Sequence record: MZ616364.1
Direction: 5' to 3' (one strand)
Source of the DNA: Erwinia phage KEY
DNA: 32,000 nucleotides
The translations under genes and the position numbers were made by a program. This document shows, piece after piece, positions 8,811-18,265 of this stretch (position 1 is its first letter; each line of letters opens with the position of its first letter). Under the pieces are notes generated by a model that saw only the letters and a list, made by a program, of their open reading frames with translations, had not been told where the DNA came from and made no database searches.

Positions 8811-11800
8811 TGCAGTTAATCGTTCGTGTTGTACAGGACCGTCAAGGGGCGGTCCTACCATACGCAGAAGGACACGTGTATCTGAAGGGTACTAATACCC
8901 CAGCTACTATCTACAATGCAAATGGAACTCAAATTGATAACCCCGTTCAAGCTGACGAACATGGTGTAATCCAGTTTAAAGCTGCTGATGGTCTATATGA
9001 CTTTCAGGTTTCTTTCCAGGGAACGCTAGGTATCAAAACCCCAATTCAGTGTATTGACGGCTCCGAAAAACTTGCTCAAATGGATGAGAGAGTAACTTTC
9101 GCTGAAACTGCCGCCACTACTGCTAACACTGCTAAGGTAGCTGCTACAACTGCTGCTAGCGAAGCAAATACTGCTAAAACACAAGCAGTAGCACAAGTAT
9201 CTTTGGCCAAAGATTCTGCGGACGCTGCCAAGACGTCTGAAACTAACTCAAAAAATTCTGAAACTGCTGCGAAGGCTTCACAAACTGCGGCTAAAACTTC
9301 AGAAACTAATTCAAAAGCATCTGAAACTGCTGCTAAAGCATCGGAAGAGGCTGCTGCACAATCTGTATCTGACACTGTATTCGTTAATGAAGCTGCTCAA
9401 ACAGCTAAAATGGATGCGGTTAACGCTGCTAATGAGGCTGGTGCTTCTAAAACTGCTGCGGTAAACGCAAAAACAGCTGCTGAAACTGCTGCTAGTAACG
9501 CTAGAACTTCAGAAACTAATGCTAAGACCTCAGAAACTAACGCTTCTCAAAGTCAGGTTGCAGCAGAAGCTGCGGCTGTTAGAGCTGAAGAAGCGGCTGC
9601 TGGTGGTGGATCTGGAACTCCTGTAGACTTAAGTGGCTACATGAAGAAAGCAGATAACTTGTCTGGTGTTGCTAACCCAGCTACTGCTCTAGATAACATT
9701 GGTGGACTAGGAAAAGATGCACTTAATGGTGTAGCTACTTTTGCTGATTTACGTACCCGTGTGCCAAAAGGTGAAAATGAGCGTGTATATCTCCGTTCTC
9801 ATACTCCTCCAGCGTTAGCTGTCTATAATAGTGAAGGTGGTGGTTGGTTCGTTGCTCGTATGACCAAGCAAGCCGATGATGGTGGTTATGTAGCTTCTAA
9901 CGGCGGTAACTGGCACTGGAAACGTGAAAAACGTATCGAAGAACTGACAATTGCAGACTTCGGTGGTGTTGCTGACGGTGTAACGGATGCTCAACCAGCA
10001 TTTAAAGCTAACTTAGACTTTATTACTGGTGCGTATGCTAAAGCTAGAACTGGTGACGCTTCTCCGTATTTCCGTATCAAGTTTAATGCTGGTACTTATT
10101 ACGTAAGTCCTGGTGACTATCGTAATTACGGTACTAAACTGTGGACTGGTGCTTCTGACGTTCCTTACTACCCTTCCGGTTACTCTGCTGCTGGTGGTAT
10201 TGTTATCGAAGGTCAGGAAGTAGGATTTGGTCGTCAGATTCTGACTACTATTAAGTCCGATAAATCAGCTAATGCTGTATTCCAGTTAAACCATCGTCGT
10301 CAGACTGTGCGTTATTTAACGTGGGATGGACAGCAGGAAACGGGTTACGATAAGTACAACAAAGAAACAAACCCAACCGGTACTAACATGCTGATTGGTG
10401 CAACATTCGGTATTTGGAATGACACTGCGTCTAACAAACAGCAGTTTATGACAAACGAATGTGCTGGTGGTCTGTACTTAAGAATACATGCGTGTAGCTA
10501 TAAAGATATCGGCGGAGAGATGTTCTTCGTTAGAGATACTCTAGACACTGTAATTGACTATTGTTACGGTTCTAGAAACGCTGCACCATTCTTCACTACT
10601 TCATGGTCTAACCGTACAGAGGGTTCGTGGGATCATTCAACTTCTGTTGAAATTAACAACTGTAACTTCCAGACTAACTTATCACCTGCTATCCGTGCAC
10701 CTCGTTGTGGTCAGTCAATGATGACAAACGTTTGGGTTGAGCATGGTACTACCCCATTTGACATTAACAACGGTCAGTGGGATATGAACATGGTATGTCT
10801 AGAAGATAACCGTGGTGAGATGTGCCTGTGGAACTCTAAACATAGTATTCGTACTCTGTCTACTCCAACGGGTAACTCTAAGAGTATTGATACCCCTACA
10901 AGTGGTAAGTATCAAGGTTACCTGACTAACCCTGATGGTTCTGCATTAACTGCATGGTCCGAAGGTTACGGTCAAGGTTCTTACACTCTTATGAACTATG
11001 GTGCTTATTTTGACTGTCCAGTAGTTACGAAAGTAAACCGTGGTTATCTGCGTGGTGAAAACAACACCGATAACACACTGTGGGTTAACGTTGGTTCTTT
11101 CTCTAGCCCAACGAACGGAAGTATGTGGAAGATTCGTGTTATTGCTAACCCGTACTACAATACTTCTAACAACCAGAACATGTTGAACGATAGGTTGCCT
11201 GGTGAAACTGTTATCTATATTGGACGTGGTGCTGAAAAGCTGCCTAAAATGGCGTTCCATAATATTAACGGTGGTGCTGTAACAACCTCTCCGCAATATC
11301 AGACTCAGGTGTTTAACACAAGTATTCCTGGTGTTTGGGTACCAATTCGCCCTCGTACTGGTGAATATAGTATTACTGTTGAGCAGACTGGTATGTATCG
11401 TGGTGAAGGTGGTGTTCCTGCACAGTTTACCCCTAATGGTAACTCAATCACCTCTAACCCAGGGCATAACGCAATTCCTGGTCGTTTTAGTTTCAACACT
11501 AACAAGGCTGGATTCGGTGCAAACGAAGATGTTGTTGAAATCACAACACGTACTCAGACTATTGTCCAAGCACCTGTAGATACTACATATCCAATCTATA
11601 AGCGTATTGCTATGAGTGGAGTTGAAGTGGCAATGGTAGTTTATCCTTACATTCCTCAGTGGACTACTAAGGCACCTGCTACGCTTTCTGTAGCTACAGA
11701 TGGTACGCTAACTATAGCACCTGTTGTTATTGAAGCAGTATCTTATCAGTGGCAGAAATCTACAGATGGTGGGGCAAACTGGACTACTATCAACGGTGCT

Positions 11801-11938
11801 ACTGCTATGACGTATACTAAATCTAACGTCACTGCAGCGGATGCTGGCATGTACCGTTTAGGTGCTCGTCAGACTAACGGATCAGGTGGTAATGGTACCA
11901 CAGTATTTGGTGATACAACCACAGTAACTATTACATAA
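8810..11938 (+). CDS. Tailspike/receptor-binding protein with predicted right-handed beta-helix (depolymerase-like) domain
   Basis: 1042 aa: N-terminal adaptor-like region, Ala/Thr-rich coiled coil (SETAAKASE repeats), LTIADFGGVADGVTDAQPAFKANLD pectate-lyase-fold entry motif, C-terminal Ig-like domain (APATLSVATDGTLTI...SYQWQKSTDGG...MYRLGARQ). Confidence 0.85.
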   Translation: MQLIVRVVQDRQGAVLPYAEGHVYLKGTNTPATIYNANGTQIDNPVQADEHGVIQFKAADGLYDFQVSFQGTLGIKTPIQCIDGSEKLAQMDERVTFAETAATTANTAKVAATTAASEANTAKTQAVAQVSLAKDSADAAKTSETNSKNSETAAKASQTAAKTSETNSKASETAAKASEEAAAQSVSDTVFVNEAAQTAKMDAVNAANEAGASKTAAVNAKTAAETAASNARTSETNAKTSETNASQSQVAAEAAAVRAEEAAAGGGSGTPVDLSGYMKKADNLSGVANPATALDNIGGLGKDALNGVATFADLRTRVPKGENERVYLRSHTPPALAVYNSEGGGWFVARMTKQADDGGYVASNGGNWHWKREKRIEELTIADFGGVADGVTDAQPAFKANLDFITGAYAKARTGDASPYFRIKFNAGTYYVSPGDYRNYGTKLWTGASDVPYYPSGYSAAGGIVIEGQEVGFGRQILTTIKSDKSANAVFQLNHRRQTVRYLTWDGQQETGYDKYNKETNPTGTNMLIGATFGIWNDTASNKQQFMTNECAGGLYLRIHACSYKDIGGEMFFVRDTLDTVIDYCYGSRNAAPFFTTSWSNRTEGSWDHSTSVEINNCNFQTNLSPAIRAPRCGQSMMTNVWVEHGTTPFDINNGQWDMNMVCLEDNRGEMCLWNSKHSIRTLSTPTGNSKSIDTPTSGKYQGYLTNPDGSALTAWSEGYGQGSYTLMNYGAYFDCPVVTKVNRGYLRGENNTDNTLWVNVGSFSSPTNGSMWKIRVIANPYYNTSNNQNMLNDRLPGETVIYIGRGAEKLPKMAFHNINGGAVTTSPQYQTQVFNTSIPGVWVPIRPRTGEYSITVEQTGMYRGEGGVPAQFTPNGNSITSNPGHNAIPGRFSFNTNKAGFGANEDVVEITTRTQTIVQAPVDTTYPIYKRIAMSGVEVAMVVYPYIPQWTTKAPATLSVATDGTLTIAPVVIEAVSYQWQKSTDGGANWTTINGATAMTYTKSNVTAADAGMYRLGARQTNGSGGNGTTVFGDTTTVTIT

Positions 11939-11947
11939 GGATAAATG

Positions 11948-12313
11948 ATGGTAGATCTAGTTAAGAATGAGCAAGTTGAGCATACCTTTGAAGGGGAACT
12001 AGGAGTATTTAGTTTCCTTAAGTATCAATCAAAAGCGGGCTACACAGTCCGCTGTTTGAAAAATCAAGGACAAGATGCAGAAGTACTTACTGAAGGTAAA
12101 GAATACAAAGTAATTGGTGGTAGAGGTGACTCTTTCTTCGATTACTATGGTAATGATATTGGTATTATCTGGGATCAGGCTAGCATTTTAGATGACTTTG
12201 GTAATCCATTAATTATTAACCTTAACCCGGAAGATTCATCAGTTAGTACTGGTGCTCTAGCTGAGTTTGGTATTCTAGACGACGAAGCGTTCCAAAAATC
12301 TTTAAAGGATTAA
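11948..12313 (+). CDS. Hypothetical protein following the tailspike
   Basis: 122-aa ORF with two adjacent ATG codons (11945/11948); RBS aaggat. Confidence 0.55.
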   Translation: MVDLVKNEQVEHTFEGELGVFSFLKYQSKAGYTVRCLKNQGQDAEVLTEGKEYKVIGGRGDSFFDYYGNDIGIIWDQASILDDFGNPLIINLNPEDSSVSTGALAEFGILDDEAFQKSLKD

Positions 12314-12317
12314 ACAC

Positions 12318-12349
12318 AAACCCCAGGACGGATGTTCTGGGGTTTTTCT
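12318..12349 (+). terminator. Rho-independent terminator
   Basis: aaaccccaggacggatgttctggggtttttctt. Confidence 0.85.
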
Positions 12350-12352
12350 TTA

Positions 12353-12381
12353 TTGTCAAAAGAGCAAAATCTTGCTATAAT
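12353..12381 (+). promoter_or_regulatory. Sigma70 promoter
   Basis: TTGTCA (12353-12358)-N17-TATAAT (12376-12381), then ggaggt and a micro-ORF. Confidence 0.8.
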
Positions 12382-12392
12382 GGAGGTATAAA

Positions 12393-12452
12393 ATGTACTA
12401 TTCACCAGTATTTATATTATTAGTAATTATTTTAATTTTGGTTCTATTCTAA
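12393..12452 (+). CDS. 19-aa hydrophobic micropeptide (candidate)
   Basis: ATG TAC TAT ... gives MYYSPVFILLVIILILVLF*; preceded by tggaggtataaa. Confidence 0.4.
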   Translation: MYYSPVFILLVIILILVLF

Positions 12453-12461
12453 GGAGTAGGT

Positions 12462-12653
12462 ATGACATTAGATGAAATGATTCAGTTTATTATTGATCAC
12501 TTCAGATTGAGAAACCGTAAAGTGTACCATTATTTACATAGCACTGGAGGCCTGTTGGTTATAAGGCCTCCAGTTAATGGAATTGTCATTATAGGCGAGT
12601 ATAACGTGGACTTTAGCTTTATGATAGAGGTATTAGAAGAGTATGGACTTTAA
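12462..12653 (+). CDS. Hypothetical protein
   Basis: 63 aa; RBS aaggagtaggt. Confidence 0.55.
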   Translation: MTLDEMIQFIIDHFRLRNRKVYHYLHSTGGLLVIRPPVNGIVIIGEYNVDFSFMIEVLEEYGL

Positions 12654-12666
12654 ATAGGAGGTTTAT

Positions 12667-12873
12667 ATGAACGCTATTGACTTTGATGACGCTCCTACGC
12701 AGGAAGACGTTAGAGAGTATATTGTTAACAACTATTTTGTAAAGGATGACAAAGTATTTTGGAGATGCAAATCTGGAGTTCACCAACTTTGCTTTAATCC
12801 ACAAAGAATACTAGGCTATGACATTCCTGTATATCGTATTAAACGCATACTAAGGAAATTTAGTGAACATTAA
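12667..12873 (+). CDS. Hypothetical protein
   Basis: 68 aa; RBS aggaggttt. Confidence 0.55.
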   Translation: MNAIDFDDAPTQEDVREYIVNNYFVKDDKVFWRCKSGVHQLCFNPQRILGYDIPVYRIKRILRKFSEH

Positions 12874-13324
12874 TCAGAAAATCGAAGACAAAATTTATGA
12901 GGAAGCCCTGGCATTCCCATTATCTAGATTCTTAAAGTCCGATGGATCTATTAATACACGTAAGTTGAAAGGTCTACATCCTGACTTCTATCAAGATGCC
13001 CTTAATTTAATTTTTATTCGGAGAGCCTATGATGTTCATGGTAAATTCTTTGGGTATCGTGAAGTAAAATTTTCTACTTTGAGACAATATGTTAAAATTT
13101 ACTGTCCAGACCATGACGATTTCTTCCTGCAGATGGCCGGTACGCACTTAGCAGGGCATGGTTGCCATCTTTGTGCGCATAGGGTTATTGATCGTGTGAC
13201 AGAAGTAGGAACTTACACCGTTCCCTGTTCATTTCACAAATATTTAGTTGACGAAGACCGTATTATTTGGTATAATAGTCATAAGAAATTGGAAATGGAG
13301 CTGAAAAATGAATCCTTCAAATAA
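12863..13324 (+). CDS. Zinc-ribbon-like protein
   Basis: YVKIYCPDHDDFFLQMAGTHLAGHGCHLCAHRV: C-x2-H...C-x2-C motif seen in phage nuclease-associated zinc ribbons. Confidence 0.55.
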   Translation: MNINQKIEDKIYEEALAFPLSRFLKSDGSINTRKLKGLHPDFYQDALNLIFIRRAYDVHGKFFGYREVKFSTLRQYVKIYCPDHDDFFLQMAGTHLAGHGCHLCAHRVIDRVTEVGTYTVPCSFHKYLVDEDRIIWYNSHKKLEMELKNESFK

Positions 13325-13619
13325 TTTAAATAGTTTAATCGAGTTAGCAAATCATTGTAAAGATTATGGTATTAGTCTAGAAATTGATCCTCAATGGATT
13401 TTAGACGTTGCAGAACAAATGAAACAGTCAACCACAATGCTTCCCAAAACCTGTGATGGTAAAGAACAAGACGCATTTGAAGAGTATGGCAAAGAAAACG
13501 GCTTGGATATGACAACCCATCCTATTTTCTGGATGTTTACGCATCCAGAAACTAATGCAGCTCGTAGTGCGTGGCGTGGATGTTTAGACTATGTTAATAA
13601 GGTGGTTAAAGGTGAGTAG
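13308..13619 (+). CDS. Hypothetical protein
   Basis: 103-aa ORF. Confidence 0.5.
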   Translation: MNPSNNLNSLIELANHCKDYGISLEIDPQWILDVAEQMKQSTTMLPKTCDGKEQDAFEEYGKENGLDMTTHPIFWMFTHPETNAARSAWRGCLDYVNKVVKGE

Positions 13620-13995
13620 AGTAGAACTTTTACACGCTGAAATAGGCAAATTAGAGCAAGAAGTTCTCGAACTTATGAGAGAGAAAGTAAAGCTGTTAAA
13701 AGAGTACCAGCAAACAGCGGCAGAACTCGTAGAAACTAAAGCAATACTAATTGCTACTCTAGAAGAAATGCTAGATGATAAACAAGAGCTGAAACTTCTA
13801 CGTAACGCTACTGGTAATGTAAAAATTAGTCCTACAAATGCCGTACCTGATGTACGTGTGAATAGTATTCAGTACTCCTCAGAACACCTTGATACATGGG
13901 TCTACAGAGTGGAAAGTGCAACGCGTCTTAAGCCTGGCGATCGTTTATTTAGCCGAAGTGCACTACTTCTTAATGTAGGAGATACCGATGAATAA
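13591..13995 (+). CDS. Hypothetical coiled-coil protein
   Basis: 134-aa ORF; likely start is a few codons downstream of 13591. Confidence 0.5.
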   Translation: MLIRWLKVSRVELLHAEIGKLEQEVLELMREKVKLLKEYQQTAAELVETKAILIATLEEMLDDKQELKLLRNATGNVKISPTNAVPDVRVNSIQYSSEHLDTWVYRVESATRLKPGDRLFSRSALLLNVGDTDE

Positions 13996-14185
13996 ACAAT
14001 TCCTAGAGTGGATTCAACCCAAGATGACACCAACCACCTCAGCCAAAGAGCTGATTGAGTATAATAAAGGTTGGATAGACGCAGAAAATAGTAAAAGCAC
14101 GCATCTTATGAGAGGTATTGGACCTTACTGTGATGCGTGGAATGCTTATATGAGGTTGAATCGTGCCCCTAAAACTAACCAATGA
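13988..14185 (+). CDS. Hypothetical protein
   Basis: 65-aa ORF; overlapping gene chain. Confidence 0.5.
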   Translation: MNKQFLEWIQPKMTPTTSAKELIEYNKGWIDAENSKSTHLMRGIGPYCDAWNAYMRLNRAPKTNQ

Positions 14186-14528
14186 AGAATTACGAGAAAT
14201 TAGTACCAAAGTGATAGAAAAGATGGTTAGAGAAAAAGTTATAACTAGAATTAGGGAGGGTACATACGTGCCAGATAATAACGATGAGTTAAACGACTTA
14301 TTAAGAAAAGCTACTAATGAAGAGTATCTTAAAGATAATAAGTTAGATAAAGTGTTTAAAACTGCTTACCTTAAGTCTCAAGGTAAATACCAAGAACCAA
14401 AATGGCGTCGGATTTGCACATACCTAAATAAAAATAAATGGCTAATCTTAGCGACGTTGTTCTTGTTATTCTGTGTGGGGTACACACTCACTGAAGTTTA
14501 TATTGGCTTTATGTACGGAGTATATTAA
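14163..14528 (+). CDS. Tail-anchored membrane protein, unknown
   Basis: C-terminal hydrophobic helix WLILATLFLLFCVGYTL. Confidence 0.5.
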   Translation: MPLKLTNEELREISTKVIEKMVREKVITRIREGTYVPDNNDELNDLLRKATNEEYLKDNKLDKVFKTAYLKSQGKYQEPKWRRICTYLNKNKWLILATLFLLFCVGYTLTEVYIGFMYGVY

Positions 14529-14752
14529 TGTTTATTGAATTAAAAATTATTGGAATTGTCCACCTTAAAAGCGGTTTAGAGAGTTTTCCTGAAAAGAATT
14601 GTTTACTGAAGGTAAAACATATTGAGGCTATACTCCCAGCAACCCTTAATAATTCCCGGACTAGAATTGTTATGCGTACGGGAACAATTTATATTACTGA
14701 ACTTAGTTTCAATGCTGTAGAGAAACTAGTTCAGTCTGTTAAAGGAGAGTAA
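14528..14752 (+). CDS. Hypothetical protein
   Basis: 74 aa; stop/start overlap with 14163-14528. Confidence 0.5.
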   Translation: MFIELKIIGIVHLKSGLESFPEKNCLLKVKHIEAILPATLNNSRTRIVMRTGTIYITELSFNAVEKLVQSVKGE

Positions 14753-14920
14753 ATGCTGACCCTAAACAGAATGTCTAGGTATCAGGCCTTTCGCTGGCTC
14801 TGGCGATTTGATTCAGAAGCCCGTTGGTTTTGGTTTGGTCGTTATATTTTAAGTAAGTCTAACCTTGTAAACGATGTTAGACAGAACTATAGAGATTTTG
14901 GAGCAACTCGTGGACAATAA
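14753..14920 (+). CDS. 55-aa Trp/Arg-rich protein (not in ORF track)
   Basis: MLTLNRMSRYQAFRWLWRFDSEARWFWFGRYILSKSNLVNDVRQNYRDFGATRGQ*; RBS aaaggag immediately upstream. Confidence 0.5.
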   Translation: MLTLNRMSRYQAFRWLWRFDSEARWFWFGRYILSKSNLVNDVRQNYRDFGATRGQ

Positions 14921-15191
14921 AGAATTAGACTTTCTAGATATTTTTGGGCCTACTCCTACTGAACAGGGAGAATCCTTGCTAAACAAGGCGGCCAAAGATT
15001 CTATGGATCAAATGGCAGAAGTTATTAACTCAGCAGATACTCGCTTAGTTCTACAACCCCATCTATACGCACAGCTTATTAATGCAGCAACAGAAGTTGC
15101 TAAAGAACATGGAGTATTTAATACTCAGTCTGTTCGAGCTAAAATGGAAGGTGCTATTAATAAATTCATTAAACCGGGACGTAAAGTATGA
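14910..15191 (+). CDS. Hypothetical protein
   Basis: GTG start at 14910 with ggag upstream is more plausible than the 14874 ATG. Confidence 0.55.
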   Translation: MDNKELDFLDIFGPTPTEQGESLLNKAAKDSMDQMAEVINSADTRLVLQPHLYAQLINAATEVAKEHGVFNTQSVRAKMEGAINKFIKPGRKV

Positions 15192-15418
15192 ATACGGATA
15201 AAGAAGCTGTTCAGGAAATGATTGCTAATGGAACCTTAGTAAATCGTATCAGTGGTAATCTGTCAGATCAAATGGTAACTATTACTATTAAGAATCCTGA
15301 TACTCATAAAGTCATTCCGATTGATCGGCTACAGGAAATGGCTAAAACAGGGTATGCTAGCTCGGATGAAGTACAAACTATTGCTAAAGCTATTCTTATG
15401 ATGGCTAGGAGATATTAA
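15188..15418 (+). CDS. Hypothetical protein
   Basis: 76 aa, 4-nt overlap. Confidence 0.5.
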   Translation: MNTDKEAVQEMIANGTLVNRISGNLSDQMVTITIKNPDTHKVIPIDRLQEMAKTGYASSDEVQTIAKAILMMARRY

Positions 15419-15419
15419 T

Positions 15420-15683
15420 ATGATTCTTGAGTTTGATGGTATTTTCGTAGAAAGCACTCCGTCGGTAATGGCAACTATACTAGCCTGTCGGATTTACACA
15501 GAGCATCAACCTTGTGTAGCATTATTTACCTGTGTAGTAGAAGACTTCTATAAACTTCATGCTATGTCGCTGGCAATGCTTAATGAAGATAGGGAGTTTT
15601 ATGCTAACAGATTTTATGTAGAAGACTTAATTACCTATTTAGATGACTCTATGGGTATTACAGTTCTACGTCATGAGGAATAA
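15420..15683 (+). CDS. Hypothetical protein
   Basis: 87-aa ORF. Confidence 0.5.
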   Translation: MILEFDGIFVESTPSVMATILACRIYTEHQPCVALFTCVVEDFYKLHAMSLAMLNEDREFYANRFYVEDLITYLDDSMGITVLRHEE

Positions 15684-15686
15684 CTA

Positions 15687-15944
15687 ATGATTACTTTACC
15701 AATTTGGGTAGTAGGTGCTTTTGTTTGTATACTTCTAGCATTTATTATTGAGAACTTCCGTAAACGTAGTAAGATTAAAGAAATGTGTCGAAAAGTTGAA
15801 AGAATCTATACTAAAATTGATATTAAAGTTCCAGACGGATCTGAAGAAGCTATCAGAAAAGCCTCATGGAATCTAGCATATCAAGTTCATCAATCTACTA
15901 AGTTACACGAAGAAGTAGCTAAGATAAGAGAAAGAGGTCGCTAA
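15687..15944 (+). CDS. N-terminal single-TM small protein (family member 1)
   Basis: MITLPIWVVGAFVCILLAFIIENFRKRSK...; TM followed by charged tail. Confidence 0.6.
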   Translation: MITLPIWVVGAFVCILLAFIIENFRKRSKIKEMCRKVERIYTKIDIKVPDGSEEAIRKASWNLAYQVHQSTKLHEEVAKIRERGR

Positions 15945-16108
15945 TGGGACTTATAATCTTTCTGTTAATTTGCTATATTATTTACTTGCGCATTCGTACC
16001 TTTCATGTTAAAATAGCTTTAGAAAATAAGGTTTACGCGGCATGGCAAAATGGTCGGGTAAATCGTGATGATGCGGATTATTTACAAAGGTGGATAAAGA
16101 AAATATGA
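15944..16108 (+). CDS. 54-aa single-TM protein (not in ORF track)
   Basis: MGLIIFLLICYIIYLRIRTFHVKIALENKVYAAWQNGRVNRDDADYLQRWIKKI*; TAATG overlap with the previous gene. Confidence 0.5.
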   Translation: MGLIIFLLICYIIYLRIRTFHVKIALENKVYAAWQNGRVNRDDADYLQRWIKKI

Positions 16109-16187
16109 TTACTATGATCTTTCTGGCAGTTGCAGGTACTGTTGTTGTTTGCGGTCTAGCTGCATTAATCTTCGAGGAGTGTGTAGG

Positions 16188-16457
16188 ATGATTGATACTC
16201 CTGTTTGGATTATTGGACTTTTCATTTTCCTGATAATGGCATTATTCTGCACCTCTGTGTATTATCATGCCCGGACTAAGTATCTAGAGAAAACTAGAGC
16301 AATTAAGAAGTCTAACAGTATTAAACGAGCAGCCACTGTTAAACGCTGTGCTGAGATTATCGAAGCTGATGTATGGGGTAACGAAGGTAATCGTGATCAG
16401 TTAACTAGAGTCAGTGAACAACTTCGTATTATTCGTTCAAATGTGGAGCATATTTAA
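16188..16457 (+). CDS. N-terminal single-TM small protein
   Basis: MIDTPVWIIGLFIFLIMALFC...; ATG at 16188 with gaggagtgtgtagg upstream. Confidence 0.6.
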   Translation: MIDTPVWIIGLFIFLIMALFCTSVYYHARTKYLEKTRAIKKSNSIKRAATVKRCAEIIEADVWGNEGNRDQLTRVSEQLRIIRSNVEHI

Positions 16458-16750
16458 TGTACTTACCAATGGGCTTAATTATTTTACTAGCTATCCTGTT
16501 CTTCTCTATGATCGCTGTTATTGTTACTTTCAATAGCCGCATCAATCGTCGTGAAGCAGAAATTGTTCGTAACTATTACCGTATTACTAATACGATCGCA
16601 GATACTGGAGCTAACTTCTTTGATATCTACGGTAAAGACTCTGATCAGTCAAAACATATTGTTCGCATGGCTAGAAAGGTTGAATGGATTTCTAGAGCAC
16701 ACATGGAAGATTACGAAGTTGATATGAAAGCTATTAAGGAGCAGAATTAA
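16457..16750 (+). CDS. N-terminal single-TM small protein
   Basis: MYLPMGLIILLAILFFSMIAVIVTFNSRINRRE... Confidence 0.6.
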   Translation: MYLPMGLIILLAILFFSMIAVIVTFNSRINRREAEIVRNYYRITNTIADTGANFFDIYGKDSDQSKHIVRMARKVEWISRAHMEDYEVDMKAIKEQN

Positions 16751-17013
16751 TGGCTACACTCCCCTTTATTATTTATGGTCTAGTAATTATTATCGTATTA
16801 ATTACGCTTACTACTTATAGTATAGTAAGAAATAAGAACTTAGATATTCAGGTATTAAAGTCAGTTGCTGATAATAAACGAGTTAGAGTTGAAGCTTTCT
16901 TACTGATAGAAAGAGCTGATCTAGCAAGACATTATCGAGCTGGTAAGTGTGACGAAGAGTTCTTTGAGTTTGTAGTTGACCATGATAATTATATCTTAAA
17001 GATCCTAGACTAA
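16750..17013 (+). CDS. N-terminal single-TM small protein
   Basis: MATLPFIIYGLVIIIVLITLTTYSIVRNK... Confidence 0.6.
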   Translation: MATLPFIIYGLVIIIVLITLTTYSIVRNKNLDIQVLKSVADNKRVRVEAFLLIERADLARHYRAGKCDEEFFEFVVDHDNYILKILD

Positions 17014-17043
17014 TGTCTGGGATTTTTCTTATTGGAGAAATAA

Positions 17044-17775
17044 ATGACTAAATTAGAAGCATTAACCAAAATATTTGAACTTGTCAGATCTGCACATACT
17101 AGAAAGGTATCAGATCTGAACGATTTAGAAAAACATGCCGTAGCATTCTGTTGTTCTTACTTTCCAGCGGTTGTGCAGAATGGTAAACTCAAATATCTTA
17201 AAACTGCTAAGGAAGTAGATCTTTCAGTTGAGTTTGTACTAATGAACTCAATAGCTACTAAACTAGGAGCTGAGTTTAAGAAGTTTGTTGCAGCTTCTGT
17301 GCATGTATGGCCAGACCAAGAGTTGCCTGAATATGAAAGATCACCAATTGAGGTAGCCTTAAATGAATATCCAGGTAAATTACATATTCCTTCTAGGAAA
17401 AATGAAGAATACATACATTTACCACGAATTCAGTTTCCTACACAAAACCTAGACGTAGGTGATTTAATAAGCACTCTCGCACTAGAGTTATATGCAATGC
17501 AAGCTTATCAGCACTTAGATATTCCTTTAACTAAAAACCACTCGTTAATAGTTAGGGAAATGAGAAAATATCCTGAAGATGTTATAAAGCTAGAAAATAA
17601 ATTTAATTTAAATATCCTAGAATGGGCTAATTCTACTCCTCTTAAGTTCTACTCTGTTAAAACTTTAAACTATTACCGTCAGGAAGATTTTAAAGGGGCA
17701 AGTTTCCTGTCAGCATATATTTATTCCATTGCAAAAGGGATATATCTTGGCCTAGATAGTGCTGAAGATCTATAG
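17044..17775 (+). CDS. Hypothetical protein, 243 aa
   Basis: Long ORF with RBS gaga; last gene before the LTR-like segment. Confidence 0.65.
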   Translation: MTKLEALTKIFELVRSAHTRKVSDLNDLEKHAVAFCCSYFPAVVQNGKLKYLKTAKEVDLSVEFVLMNSIATKLGAEFKKFVAASVHVWPDQELPEYERSPIEVALNEYPGKLHIPSRKNEEYIHLPRIQFPTQNLDVGDLISTLALELYAMQAYQHLDIPLTKNHSLIVREMRKYPEDVIKLENKFNLNILEWANSTPLKFYSVKTLNYYRQEDFKGASFLSAYIYSIAKGIYLGLDSAEDL

Positions 17776-17809
17776 TCAAGGAGGAAATATAAACTTTCTT
17801 AGGGAGTGC

Positions 17810-17839
17810 TTGACATTTGGTACTGTTGTATGTTAAAAT
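17810..17839 (+). promoter_or_regulatory. Sigma70-like promoter firing into ORF-free DNA
   Basis: TTGACA (17810-17815)-N18-TAAAAT (17834-17839). Confidence 0.5.
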
Positions 17840-18265
17840 AATTACATAACTTTCGAAGTCTACTAGAAAGGTGTGTCTCGATTATTACTAAATTATATCT
17901 TCCCAGCGATCCGGGGTATAGAGGAGGGGAGCGGCGGGGAGATCTTATATAATTCTAGTAAACTCATCGAGACACCACACAAACTGTAAGAGGGAACCTC
18001 TATTTAAAATATAAGTAAGAAATATTAATCAATGAAAATAACCTGTTAATACAACAACTTCCCATCTCCTCCGCTTCTAGTCGACTCCAGGGAATAATCC
18101 TAGACTTATGTAGATATAGGGCAGTTTAATTTCGGTCCTCAACTGTTACTAGGCGGTTCTAGGGAGGGCGGTTATTAACAAGGGGAGGGCGGTTATTTTC
18201 CAATTCACCTTTTCTAAGACCAAATTCTAGAATCTCTCCCAATATTTTCTGATCCCAACAACCCA

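Noticed and set aside
9076-9375. Long antisense ORF within the tailspike coiled coil (99 aa Ala/Ser-rich).
   Set aside because: Mirror of the repetitive Ala/Thr coding sequence on the + strand; no RBS or operon context.
10946-11579. - strand 116-aa and 79-aa ORFs and + strand 11331-11579 alternative frame inside the tailspike.
   Set aside because: Overlap the continuous 1042-aa frame with convincing domain structure.
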